Source of the DNA: an uncultured Acidobacteriota bacterium
GTDB taxonomy: Bacteria; Acidobacteriota; Thermoanaerobaculia; UBA5066; Gp7-AA6
DNA length: 64,000 bases
Assembly (NCBI GenBank): GCA_963764715.1
Contig: CAVXTP010000013.1
Location: 96,001 to 160,000, forward strand
Reading direction: 5' to 3'
Shown: in pieces, positions 52,973 to 61,863 of the stretch
Position numbering within the stretch: the first letter of the stretch is position 1
How the letters are laid out: every line of letters begins with the position of its first letter
Notes under the pieces: generated by a model
The model's database searches: none
What the model saw: only the letters and a program-made list of their open reading frames with translations
Told to the model about the DNA's origin: nothing
Translations under genes and position numbers: made by a program

Positions 52973-53803
52973 ATGCTGACCTTCACGCTCGCCGTCGGGG
53001 CGGGCTCGCTCGTCGCGGGCTTCCTCGGCGCGCTCACGGGGCTGGGTGGGGGCGTCGTCGTCGTTCCGCTGCTGACGATCGCGTTCGGCGTCGACATCCG
53101 TTACGCGATCGGGGCGTCGCTGATCTCGGTGATCGCGACCTCCTCGGGCGCGGCCGCGGCCTACGTGAAGGAGGGGTTTTCGAACCTGCGGATCGGGATC
53201 TTTCTCGAGATCGCCACGACGACCGGGGCCCTGGCGGGCGCCGGACTGGCCTCGCGCACCTCGACCTCCGCGATCTCCGTCGCGTTCGGTCTCGTGTTGA
53301 TCGCGTCGGCGTTTCTCACGCTGCGCTCCCGTGGCGACCGGTCCGCGCCGGAAGCGCCGGGAGGATGGGGCCGGCGACTGCGCCTGAACGGCCTGGAGCC
53401 GACGGCGGCCGGACCGAGACCGTACGAGGCCCGCAACGTGCCGGCGGGGTTCGGCGTCATGTTCGTCGCGGGGGGTCTCTCCGGCCTGCTCGGAATCGGG
53501 TCAGGCGCGGTCAAGGTGCTCGCGTTGGACGGGGCGATGGGGCTGCCCTTCAAGGTCGCCACCACGACGTCCAACTTCATGATCGGAGTGACCGCCGCGG
53601 CCAGCGCCGGCGTCTACCTCAACCGCGGGTACATCGATCCCGGCATCGCGCTGCCGGTCATGCTGGGGGTCCTCGTGGGATCGCTCGCGGGCGCGCGCCT
53701 GCTGGCCCGGGCCGAAACCGCGCGGCTCCGGCTCGTCTTCGTCGTCGTGATCCTCGCCCTCGCGGTCGAGATGATCCGCAGCGGCATCACCGGGAGCATC
53801 TGA
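52973..53803 (+). CDS. TauE/SafE (TSUP) family sulfite/organosulfur exporter
   Basis: GALTGLGGG, SGLLGIGSG, KVATTTSNFMIGVTA; about 8 TM helices. Confidence 0.9.
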   Translation: MLTFTLAVGAGSLVAGFLGALTGLGGGVVVVPLLTIAFGVDIRYAIGASLISVIATSSGAAAAYVKEGFSNLRIGIFLEIATTTGALAGAGLASRTSTSAISVAFGLVLIASAFLTLRSRGDRSAPEAPGGWGRRLRLNGLEPTAAGPRPYEARNVPAGFGVMFVAGGLSGLLGIGSGAVKVLALDGAMGLPFKVATTTSNFMIGVTAAASAGVYLNRGYIDPGIALPVMLGVLVGSLAGARLLARAETARLRLVFVVVILALAVEMIRSGITGSI

Positions 53804-54186
53804 TGGCCACCCGCGCGTGGACCGACCGGAAAGTCGAGCAGCTCGTCGGCAACCTCCTGCGGGCGGGCGTCGTCCTCGCGGGCGCCGTCGTTCTCGCGGG
53901 CGGCCTGATCGAGATCTCGCGGCACGGCTCCGCGCCGCCCGCCTACCGCGTCTTCCACGGCGAGCCCGCGGACCTGCGGGGCGTCGGAGGGATCCTGCGC
54001 GACGCGTCCTCGCTCGAGGGCCGGGGGCTGATCCAGCTCGGGCTGCTGCTCCTTCTCGCGACCCCCGTCGCGCGGGTCGCCCTGCTGATGTTCGCCTTCG
54101 CCCGGCAGGGCGACCGGCTGTACGTCGGAGTCACCCTGGTCGTTCTGGCCGTCCTGCTCTACAGCCTCCTCGCCGCCGGGCGCTGA
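53803..54186 (+). CDS. DUF1634 membrane protein
   Basis: TGATG coupling to TauE; GNLLRAGV, IQLGLLLLLATPVARV, DRLYV. Confidence 0.87.
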   Translation: MATRAWTDRKVEQLVGNLLRAGVVLAGAVVLAGGLIEISRHGSAPPAYRVFHGEPADLRGVGGILRDASSLEGRGLIQLGLLLLLATPVARVALLMFAFARQGDRLYVGVTLVVLAVLLYSLLAAGR

Positions 54187-54218
54187 CCGGCCCCCCGGGG
54201 GGCCGCGAGCCCTCCCCC

Positions 54219-54247
54219 GAACCCTTTTTCGTCGGGCGGGCTCATAC
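54219..54247 (+). promoter_or_regulatory. Putative ECF promoter GAACCCTT-N12-GGCTCATAC upstream of the DUF2892-TolC-RND operon
   Basis: Copy 3 of 3; preceded by the GGCCCCCCGGGGGGCC palindrome at 54189-54204. Confidence 0.7.
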
Positions 54248-54262
54248 GGGCTGGAGGGCCGC

Positions 54263-54460
54263 ATGCAAACCAACGAAGCCGACTGGGATCGCGGGGTCCG
54301 GGTCGCGGTCGGGCTCGGTCTCCTCTCGATCACGGTCGTCTGGCCGCACACCCTGTGGGGCCTGGCAGGGTTTGCGCCGATTGCGACCGGCCTCTGGGGC
54401 TTTTGCCCCCTCTATCGCTTGAGCGGCCTGAGCACCTGTCCCGCGCAGGGGCGGTGCTGA
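54263..54460 (+). CDS. DUF2892 (YgaP-like) membrane protein
   Basis: M..N....DR..R...G, TG..GFCPLY...G.STC; RBS GGAGGG. Confidence 0.9.
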   Translation: MQTNEADWDRGVRVAVGLGLLSITVVWPHTLWGLAGFAPIATGLWGFCPLYRLSGLSTCPAQGRC

Positions 54461-54482
54461 CGGCCACGGGACGGATTCGCCC

Positions 54483-55775
54483 ATGAAACTCGCACTGCTT
54501 CTCGCCGTTCTCGCGGCCCCGGAGCCGCTCACCCTCCAGCAGGCCGCGTCCCTGGCCGCGGGCGGCGCGCCCGTGGTCGAGCGCGCGAAGGCCGAGACCG
54601 ACCGGGCGCGGGCCTCGGAGTCCTCGGCGAAGTCGGCCCTGGGCCCGACGCTCTTCGGCGACGTCGGCTTCCTCACGTCCAACAACCCCGTGACCGTCTT
54701 CTCGCTCGCGCTGGAGCAGCAGCGCTTCTCGGCGCAGGAATTCTTCCTCTCCGACCCCAACGATCCGCCGTTCACCCAGGACTGGAACGCGGCCGTGGCC
54801 GCCGCCTGGGCGGTCGACCTCTTCGGCTCGGCGCGGGCCGCCGCGCGCGCGGCGGGAAGCGCGGCCGAGGCGGCCGAGCGCGCCGCTCGGCGGACCGGAG
54901 ACGGGGCGGCGCTGGAGGCGATCGCCGCCTTCGTCGAGGCGCGGCGCGCCGAGGACACGCTGGCGATCCTGGCGGAGCGGCAGTCGGACGCGGACCGGGA
55001 CGAGGCGCTGGCCCGCGCGCTCTACGAAGAGGGCGTCGCGACGTCGGCCGATCCCGCGCGGGCCCTCGCCGTCGCCGCCGAGGTCCGCGCCGACACCGCG
55101 GCGTTTCGCGCCGCCGCGTCGACCGCGCGCGCGACTCTCGCGGGCCTGATCGGCGAGGAGGCCGCCGCGAGGCCGCTCGCGCCGCTCCCGGAGCCGACGT
55201 CCGTCGACGCGCCTCCCTCGGGCACGCGCGACGACATCGCCGCGGCCGAGCTCTCGCTCGAGTCCGCGAAGCAGGCGGCCCGCTCGGCGGATGCGTCCCG
55301 GTGGCCGTCGCTCGTCGTGAGCGGGCGATGGGAATTTCACTCGCCGACCGCGGGCGGCCGGTACGGCGATTCCGGCACGGCCTTCGCCGGGGTCCGGGTC
55401 CCGATCTTCGAGTCCGGCGCCGTGACCGCGCGCGTGGCCGAGGCACGGGCGTCGGCGCGGGCGGCCGAGGCCGCGCTCTCCGAGCGCCGGCGCGCGGCGC
55501 AGAGCGAGACCGTCTCGGCGCGGGCGCGCGCGGAAGCGGCGGCCTCGCGTCTGGTCTCGTTCGAGGACGCGCGGACGGCGGCCGCCCGCGCGCGTGAGAT
55601 CCAGCAAGCCCGATACGAGGAGGGGGCCGCGCGCCTCTCGGACCTGCTGGAGGCCCGCTCGGCGGAGCTGCGCGCGCGGATGGGCGCCGTGGGCGCCGCG
55701 GCCGATCGCGTGCTCGCCGAAGCCAACCTGCGCATGGCCCTGGGCCTGGCGCCCGAGGGGGAGGGAGCGCGATGA
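54483..55775 (+). CDS. TolC family outer-membrane efflux protein
   Basis: Signal peptide, two OEP halves (LYEEGVAT / RYEEGAARLSDLL, WPSL, VPIFESG). Confidence 0.87.
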   Translation: MKLALLLAVLAAPEPLTLQQAASLAAGGAPVVERAKAETDRARASESSAKSALGPTLFGDVGFLTSNNPVTVFSLALEQQRFSAQEFFLSDPNDPPFTQDWNAAVAAAWAVDLFGSARAAARAAGSAAEAAERAARRTGDGAALEAIAAFVEARRAEDTLAILAERQSDADRDEALARALYEEGVATSADPARALAVAAEVRADTAAFRAAASTARATLAGLIGEEAAARPLAPLPEPTSVDAPPSGTRDDIAAAELSLESAKQAARSADASRWPSLVVSGRWEFHSPTAGGRYGDSGTAFAGVRVPIFESGAVTARVAEARASARAAEAALSERRRAAQSETVSARARAEAAASRLVSFEDARTAAARAREIQQARYEEGAARLSDLLEARSAELRARMGAVGAAADRVLAEANLRMALGLAPEGEGAR

Positions 55776-56824
55776 AGCGAATTCCGGGTCTCGTGGCGCT
55801 GGCGGTCCTCGCCTTCGCCGGCTGCGCGAAGAAGCCTGCCCCCGAAGCGGCCTCCGGCGCGAACCGGAAGCTCGCGACGGCGAAAGTCGAGAGGAGCGAT
55901 GCCGCGGCGACCGTCGAGGTCGACGGAACCGTCGTGGGAGTGACCGAAGCGATCCTCTCGAGCCGCCTCGCAGCGCCGGTCGTCGAGGTGCTCGCGGTTC
56001 CCGGCCAGACCGTCCGCGCCGGCGCGGTCCTCGTCCGATTGGCGGACCGCGAATCCGAAAGCGCGCTCGAGGGCGCCCGCGCCGCGGTGGCGGCCGCACG
56101 CTCGACGTCGGAGATCGCGACCCGCAATCGGATGCGGTTCGAGCGGCTCGAGGGGCGCGGCGCGGCCGCCGCGGTCGAGATCGAGCGGACCCGGCAGGAG
56201 GAGTCCTCGGCGGTCTCGGCCCTGGCGCTCGCGCAGGCCGCGCTGGCGCGCGCCGAGACGGACCGGGAGCAGTCGGTGCTCGTCGCGCCGTTCGACGCGG
56301 TCGTCGTCGAGAAGATGGTTTCCGTCGGAGACCTCACGGCCCCTGGGCGGCCCCTCGTCCGGCTCTCCTCGGCGAAGGGGCGGCGCGTCGAGGCGGCGCC
56401 GGGCGAAGAAGCGGCCTCACGGCTCGCCGTCGGCGACGTGGTGCCCGTCGCCCTCGGCGATCGGGTCGTCGAGGGCCGGATCGTGGAAATCGTGGGCGCG
56501 GTCGATCCGGAAACGCGCCGCCGCCTCGTCCGCGTGGGCCTTCCCGCGGACGTCGATCCGCCGGTCGGCACCTTCGTGCGCCTGCGCTTCCCGGGGCCGG
56601 CCGCGTCGAGGCTCCTGGTGCCCGCGCGCGCGATCGCGGCCCGGGGCGGCCTCGAGATCGCCTGGGCGGTCGGGCGGGACGACCGGGTGTCTCTGCGGTA
56701 CGTCCGCACCGGCGGGCCCGCCGGCGCCGGCCTGGTGGAGGTCCGGTCCGGGCTCGAAGCGGGAGAGCGGGTCGTGCTCGATCCGCCGGCGGACCTGGCG
56801 GCCGGGACGCGGGCGGTCTCGTGA
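55772..56824 (+). CDS. RND efflux periplasmic adaptor (MFP), lipoprotein
   Basis: Lipobox LAFAGC; GQTVRAG, APFDAVV, VDPETR, SGLEAGERVV. Confidence 0.9.
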   Translation: MKRIPGLVALAVLAFAGCAKKPAPEAASGANRKLATAKVERSDAAATVEVDGTVVGVTEAILSSRLAAPVVEVLAVPGQTVRAGAVLVRLADRESESALEGARAAVAAARSTSEIATRNRMRFERLEGRGAAAAVEIERTRQEESSAVSALALAQAALARAETDREQSVLVAPFDAVVVEKMVSVGDLTAPGRPLVRLSSAKGRRVEAAPGEEAASRLAVGDVVPVALGDRVVEGRIVEIVGAVDPETRRRLVRVGLPADVDPPVGTFVRLRFPGPAASRLLVPARAIAARGGLEIAWAVGRDDRVSLRYVRTGGPAGAGLVEVRSGLEAGERVVLDPPADLAAGTRAVS

Positions 56825-59800
56825 CGCTCGACCCGCGGGTGCGGCTCGTGCAGGAGCGCGAACGCCTCGGCCTCGCCGGACGCCTCGCCTCCGCGTTCAT
56901 CGAGTCGAAGCTGACGCCTTTGCTCGTCTTTTTCGCCCTGGCGCTCGGAGCCCTCGCCATCGCCGTGACGCCGCGCGAAGAAGAGCCCCAGATCAAGGTC
57001 CCGATGGTCGACGTCTTCGCGTCGCTTCCGGGCCGCGGCTCGGTCGAGGTCGAGCGGGAGATCTCGTCTCCCCTCGAGAAAGCCTTCTGGTCCATCCCCG
57101 GGGTCGAGTACGTCTACTCGACCTCGTCGCCGGGCTCGGCGTTCGTGGTCGTGCGCTTTCGCGTGGGGGAGGACCCCGACCGCGCCTTGGTGCGGGTCCG
57201 CTCCAAGATCGACGCGCTCGCCGACGCCTGGCCGCGGGACGTGCCGCCGCCGGTCGTCAAGCCCCGTTCGATCGACGACGTGCCGATCTGGGCCCTGACG
57301 TTCTGGAGCCCGACGCAGGATCCGGCGACGCTCCGGCAGATCGCGGCGGAGGTCGAGAACGAGATCAAGAGCATCCCGGAAGTCTCGGACACCGCCCTCA
57401 TCGGCGGCTTGCGGCGCGAGTTCCGGGTGGAGCTCGACCCGGCGCGGCTCGCGGCGCGCGGGCTCGCGGCCGGCCCGGTCATCGCGGCGATCGAGGCCGG
57501 CAACCGCCGCACCGTGGCGGGCGAGATGGTCGCCTCCGACCGGGGCGTCGTGGTCGAGGCCGGCGGCTTCCTCGAGTCCGCGAGCGAGCTCGGCTCGGTC
57601 GTCGTCGCCGAGCGCGGCGGACGCCCGGTGCGGCTCTCCGACGTCGCGACCGTCGTCGACGGACCGGAGCGCCCCGCGACCTACGTGACGCACGGGGAGC
57701 CCGGCCGTGCCGGGCGCTTCGCCGCGGTCACGCTCGCCGTCAGCAAGCGGCGCGGCGCCAACGCGATCTCGGTCGTGCACGCGATCGAGCGCCGGCTCGA
57801 CGCCGTGGAGCCGCGCCTTCTCGCCGCGGACGTGCGCACGACGGTGACGCGCGACTACGGCGAGACCTCTTCGGAGAAGTCGAACGAGCTGCTCAAGCAC
57901 ATGGCCCTCGCGACCCTGTCGGTCGCGCTGCTCATGGCGCTCGCGCTGGGCCGGCGGGAGGCGGGCGTGGTGCTGCTCGCGGTGCCGGTCACGCTGGCGC
58001 TCACGCTCTTCGTCTTCATGCTCTTCGGCTACACGCTCAACCGGATCACGCTCTTCGCCCTCATCTTCTCGATCGGCATCCTCGTCGACGACGCGATCGT
58101 CGTCGTCGAGAACATCGTCCGCCACCTCCGGCTGCCGTCCGCGCACGGACGCCCGCTCGCCCGGATCGCGGTGGAGGCGACCGACGAGGTCGGCAACCCC
58201 ACGATCCTCGCCACGTTCGCGGTCATCGCGGCGATCGTGCCGATGGGTTTCGTCGGCGGGCTGATGGGACCGTACATGCGCCCGATCCCGGTCGGGGCTT
58301 CGGCGGCCATGCTCTTCTCGCTGCTCGTGGCCTTCGCGATCTCGCCCTGGGCGGCGCGCCGGCTGTTTCGCGGGACGCCCGCCGGGGCGGCCGGCCACGG
58401 CGAGGGCGAGCGCAGCCGGCTCGCGCAGCTCTACCGCCGCGCGATGACGCCGCTCGTCTCGGACGGCGGCCGGCGCTCGCGCGCGATCTTCTTCGGCGTC
58501 ATCGCGGTGCTGCTCCTCGGAGCAATGGCGCTCGTGCCGCTGGGCGTCGTGACCGTGAAAATGCTGCCCTTCGACAACAAGAACGAGTTCCAGGTCGTGG
58601 TGGACCTTCCCGACGGAACGACGCTCGAGACCACGCACCGCGTGCTCTCGGAGATGGCGGACGCCCTCGCGCCGCTGCCGGAAGTGACGGGAACCGAGGT
58701 CTACGCCGGCACGGCCGCGCCCTACAACTTCAACGGCCTCGTGCGGCACTACTTCCTGCGCTCGGCGCCGCACCAGGGAGACGTCCAGGTGTCGCTGGCG
58801 CCGAAGGGGAAGCGCTCCCGCTCCTCGCACGCCATCGCCCGCGCCGCCCGCGGGCTCCTCGAGCCGATCGCCCGGCGCTACGACGCCCGCGTCAAGGTCG
58901 CCGAGGTGCCGCCGGGTCCCCCGGTGCTGCAGACCCTCGTCGCCGAGATCTACGGCCCGGACGACGCGGGCCGCCGGGAGGTGGCGCGGCAGGTGCGCGA
59001 CGTGTTCCGGAAGACCGAGGGAGTCGTCGACGTCGACTGGTACCTGGAGACCCCGCGCGACAAGGAGGTCTACCGGCTCGACCGCGAGAAGGCGGGCCTC
59101 TCGGGGATCCGCGAGTCCGACGTCGCGGCGACCCTGCGCCTGGCGCTCTCGTCCGATGCGGCCGGCGAGATCCACCTTCCCGGGATCCGCGAGCGGATTC
59201 CGCTGCGGTTCACGCTGCCCGAGGAGCGCCGCCACGACCTCTCCGCGCTCGGCGCGCTCTCGGTCGCGGACGCGTCGGGCCGCCTCGTCCCGCTCTCCGA
59301 GATCGGGCGCTTCGAGCGCGTGCCGGCCGACACCTCGATCTACCACAAGAACTTGAAGCCGGTCGTGTACGTCACCGCCGACGTCGCCGGGCGCCGCGAG
59401 GCCCCGGTCTACGCGATCGGGGCGCTCGAGAAGGGCATCGCGTCGATCCCGGTGCCGGGCGGGTACCGCATCCAGACGCGCACGGCGACCGCGCCGTTCG
59501 ACACGGCGCGCTTCGGGCTCAAGTGGGACGGCGAGTGGCACGTGACCTACGAGGTCTTCCGCGACCTCGGCCTCGCCTTCGCGGCGGTCCTCGTCCTGAT
59601 CTACGTCCTCGTCGTCGGCTGGTTCAAGAGCTTTACGGTGCCGCTCGTCATCATGGCGCCGATCCCGTTGACGCTCGTCGGGATCCTCCCGGCGCACGGT
59701 CTCTTCGGCGTGTTCTTCACCGCGACCTCGATGATCGGCTTCATCGCCGGCGCCGGCATCATCGTGCGCAACTCGATCATCCTCGTCGACTTCATCGAGC

Positions 59801-60093
59801 TGCGCCGCCGGGAGGGCATGGAGCTCTCCGAAGCGGTGCTCGACGCGGGGGAGGTGCGCTTCCGCCCGATGCTCCTGACGGCGGCCGCGGTCGTCGTGGG
59901 CTCCGCGGTGATGCTGCTCGATCCGATCTTCCAGGGACTCGCGGTCTCGATGATGGCGGGGGAGGTGGCGGCGACGCTCCTGTCGCGCGCCGCCGTGCCG
60001 GTCCTCTATTACATGCTCAAACGCGCGGAGGAGAAGCGGGCGCACCCCTCGCCGGCCACCTCGTCCGTCGCGACGGAAAGGAGCCTCGCATGA
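56821..60093 (+). CDS. RND efflux permease (AcrB/CzcA superfamily)
   Basis: GTGA coupling; PREEEPQI, IGILVDDAIVVVENI, GIIVRNSIILVDFI, RFRPMLLT. Confidence 0.93.
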   Translation: MTLDPRVRLVQERERLGLAGRLASAFIESKLTPLLVFFALALGALAIAVTPREEEPQIKVPMVDVFASLPGRGSVEVEREISSPLEKAFWSIPGVEYVYSTSSPGSAFVVVRFRVGEDPDRALVRVRSKIDALADAWPRDVPPPVVKPRSIDDVPIWALTFWSPTQDPATLRQIAAEVENEIKSIPEVSDTALIGGLRREFRVELDPARLAARGLAAGPVIAAIEAGNRRTVAGEMVASDRGVVVEAGGFLESASELGSVVVAERGGRPVRLSDVATVVDGPERPATYVTHGEPGRAGRFAAVTLAVSKRRGANAISVVHAIERRLDAVEPRLLAADVRTTVTRDYGETSSEKSNELLKHMALATLSVALLMALALGRREAGVVLLAVPVTLALTLFVFMLFGYTLNRITLFALIFSIGILVDDAIVVVENIVRHLRLPSAHGRPLARIAVEATDEVGNPTILATFAVIAAIVPMGFVGGLMGPYMRPIPVGASAAMLFSLLVAFAISPWAARRLFRGTPAGAAGHGEGERSRLAQLYRRAMTPLVSDGGRRSRAIFFGVIAVLLLGAMALVPLGVVTVKMLPFDNKNEFQVVVDLPDGTTLETTHRVLSEMADALAPLPEVTGTEVYAGTAAPYNFNGLVRHYFLRSAPHQGDVQVSLAPKGKRSRSSHAIARAARGLLEPIARRYDARVKVAEVPPGPPVLQTLVAEIYGPDDAGRREVARQVRDVFRKTEGVVDVDWYLETPRDKEVYRLDREKAGLSGIRESDVAATLRLALSSDAAGEIHLPGIRERIPLRFTLPEERRHDLSALGALSVADASGRLVPLSEIGRFERVPADTSIYHKNLKPVVYVTADVAGRREAPVYAIGALEKGIASIPVPGGYRIQTRTATAPFDTARFGLKWDGEWHVTYEVFRDLGLAFAAVLVLIYVLVVGWFKSFTVPLVIMAPIPLTLVGILPAHGLFGVFFTATSMIGFIAGAGIIVRNSIILVDFIELRRREGMELSEAVLDAGEVRFRPMLLTAAAVVVGSAVMLLDPIFQGLAVSMMAGEVAATLLSRAAVPVLYYMLKRAEEKRAHPSPATSSVATERSLA

Positions 60094-60299
60094 GACGGTC
60101 CGTGGACGACTGGCTGCGCGGGATCGCGGGAACCTTCGTTCTCGCGTCGCTCGCCCTCGGGTGGTTCGTCCACCCGGGGTTCTTTCTCTTCACCGCGTTC
60201 GTCGGCGCCAACCTGCTGCAATCCGCTTTCACCGGGACGTGTCCGATGATGTGGCTCTTGAAGCGGCTCCGCGTTGGCGCGGCCGCGGCGCAGCCGTGA
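60090..60299 (+). CDS. Second DUF2892 (YgaP-like) membrane protein
   Basis: ATGA coupling; LR.IAGTFVL.SL.L...VHP...FTAFVGANLLQSAFTGTCPM. Confidence 0.88.
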   Translation: MRRSVDDWLRGIAGTFVLASLALGWFVHPGFFLFTAFVGANLLQSAFTGTCPMMWLLKRLRVGAAAAQP

Positions 60300-60583
60300 A
60301 GCTGCTGCTCGCCGTCGTTGCCCGGGAGGCGCGCGACGACGCGGAGGCCGCGCTCGAGGCGGCCGCGGGCGCGGGTTTCACGGAAATACCGGGCGTTTAC
60401 GGCGAAGGGAGCACCGGACCTCGCTTTGGCTCCCGCCAGGCGCCCGGCGTTTCGGACCTCGTCTTCGCCGCGATTGCCGACGAGAAGCTTCCGGCCGCCC
60501 GGGAGGCGCTCGCGACGGCCGGTGCGCGGCACGGGAAGCCCATTCGCGCGTTCGTGCTCCCCGTCGAGGAAGCCTGGAGCTGA
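60296..60583 (+). CDS. P-II-like small protein of the RND-associated type
   Basis: GTGA coupling; GFTEIPGVYGEGSTGPRFGS...PG, IRAFVLPVE. Confidence 0.75.
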   Translation: MKLLLAVVAREARDDAEAALEAAAGAGFTEIPGVYGEGSTGPRFGSRQAPGVSDLVFAAIADEKLPAAREALATAGARHGKPIRAFVLPVEEAWS

Positions 60584-60596
60584 GGGCTGTCGGGTC

Positions 60597-61772
60597 CTAA
60601 CCCCAGCGCGGCGGCTCGTCGAGGTTGATGCCGAGCGCCGTCTTGGCCACGACCTCGTGCGTCAGGGCGGAGTTGGCCGGGTGGAAGCGCCCCGCGCGGG
60701 CGTCGCGGAAGAGCCTCTCGAGCTCGTTGCGCTTGAACATCCCGGCGCCGCCCGAGAGCTCCATGGCGGTGTCGACGACCTTCCAGACGCCCTCGGCCGT
60801 GCGGTACTTCGTCGCCATGATCTTCGACGGCCAGAGCGCGCCGTGGCCGATCCCCGCGGACCACTCCCCGGTCGTCCGGTCGATCAGCGGCTCGAGCGCT
60901 TCGAGCTCCATCACCATCTCGGCCACGCCGTGCTGCATGGCCGGGTGATGGGCCATGGAGCCCGAGACCGCGAGCGAGGTCCGCTTCTTCAGCGACTCGA
61001 CGGTCAGGTCGAGCACGCGGCGGCCGAGCGCGTAGTAAATGTGGGCGAAACCGATCAGGGCCCACGCGAAGATCGACAGCACAAAGACGTCGATGCCGGC
61101 CGCGCCCGCCGGCACGACCCGGCTGATGCGGTCGTCGGGGATGAAGACGCCCTCGAGAATCGTGTCGTCGCTGCGGGTCGCGCGCATCCCGAGGACGTCC
61201 CAGGTCGGCTCGATGCGGTAGCCCTCTGCGTCGCGCTTGAGGAAGGCGTGCACGATTTTCGGCGCCTTCGGATCGCTCGCATCCATTCCATGGAGGCCGA
61301 GGAGGGTCCAGACGGGCGTGAGGCTGCCGAAGGCCTTGTGGCCGGTGAAGCGGTAGCCGCCGGCGACGCGTTCCGCGCGCGTCGTGGAGAGCAGCACGGG
61401 GAGGTCGTGGCCGAGCTCGGCGTGGCCGGCGGCGAAGACCGCGCCCTGCCCGGCGGCTTCGAGGATCCAGTCGCAGGAGGAGTCGCCCGATTGCCGGACC
61501 TGCGACGCCACGCCGCACCAGTAGGTGTGCATGTTCGTGCCGAGCGCGGTCGCCGGCGCCCAGTAGGCGAGGCGCCGGGTCTCGCGCATGCAGTCGGCGA
61601 AGGAGAGCCCGAGGCCTCCGAGCTCGCGCGGGACGGCCATCTTCAGGTAGCCGGCGCGGCGCAGGTCCTCGAAGTCCTCGCTGAAGAACCGGTTCTCGCG
61701 GTCGTACGCGGGCGCCCGGCCGTGGAAGGTCCGCAGCATCTCATCCGACAGGATCGGCCGGGAGTCGCTCAT
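60597..61772 (-). CDS. Acyl-CoA dehydrogenase-fold flavoprotein (hydroxylase / DszC-SfnB-like)
   Basis: VPRELGGLG, MH, FTGHKAFGS, WDVLGMRATRSDD, ERLFRDARAGRFHP; RBS GAAGGAG. Confidence 0.85.
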   Translation of the reverse strand: MSDSRPILSDEMLRTFHGRAPAYDRENRFFSEDFEDLRRAGYLKMAVPRELGGLGLSFADCMRETRRLAYWAPATALGTNMHTYWCGVASQVRQSGDSSCDWILEAAGQGAVFAAGHAELGHDLPVLLSTTRAERVAGGYRFTGHKAFGSLTPVWTLLGLHGMDASDPKAPKIVHAFLKRDAEGYRIEPTWDVLGMRATRSDDTILEGVFIPDDRISRVVPAGAAGIDVFVLSIFAWALIGFAHIYYALGRRVLDLTVESLKKRTSLAVSGSMAHHPAMQHGVAEMVMELEALEPLIDRTTGEWSAGIGHGALWPSKIMATKYRTAEGVWKVVDTAMELSGGAGMFKRNELERLFRDARAGRFHPANSALTHEVVAKTALGINLDEPPRWG

Positions 61773-61863
61773 GGCGAAGGCTCCTTCCTCGAAGATCCCG
61801 GGATATATGACGATGCGCCCGCAGATACAAGGGGCCTGGGGACCCCGATAGAATAGGCGGCCC

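Noticed and set aside
49700-60583. Calling the island a mobile element
   Set aside because: No integrase, transposase, tRNA or flanking direct repeats seen, and composition looks like the host
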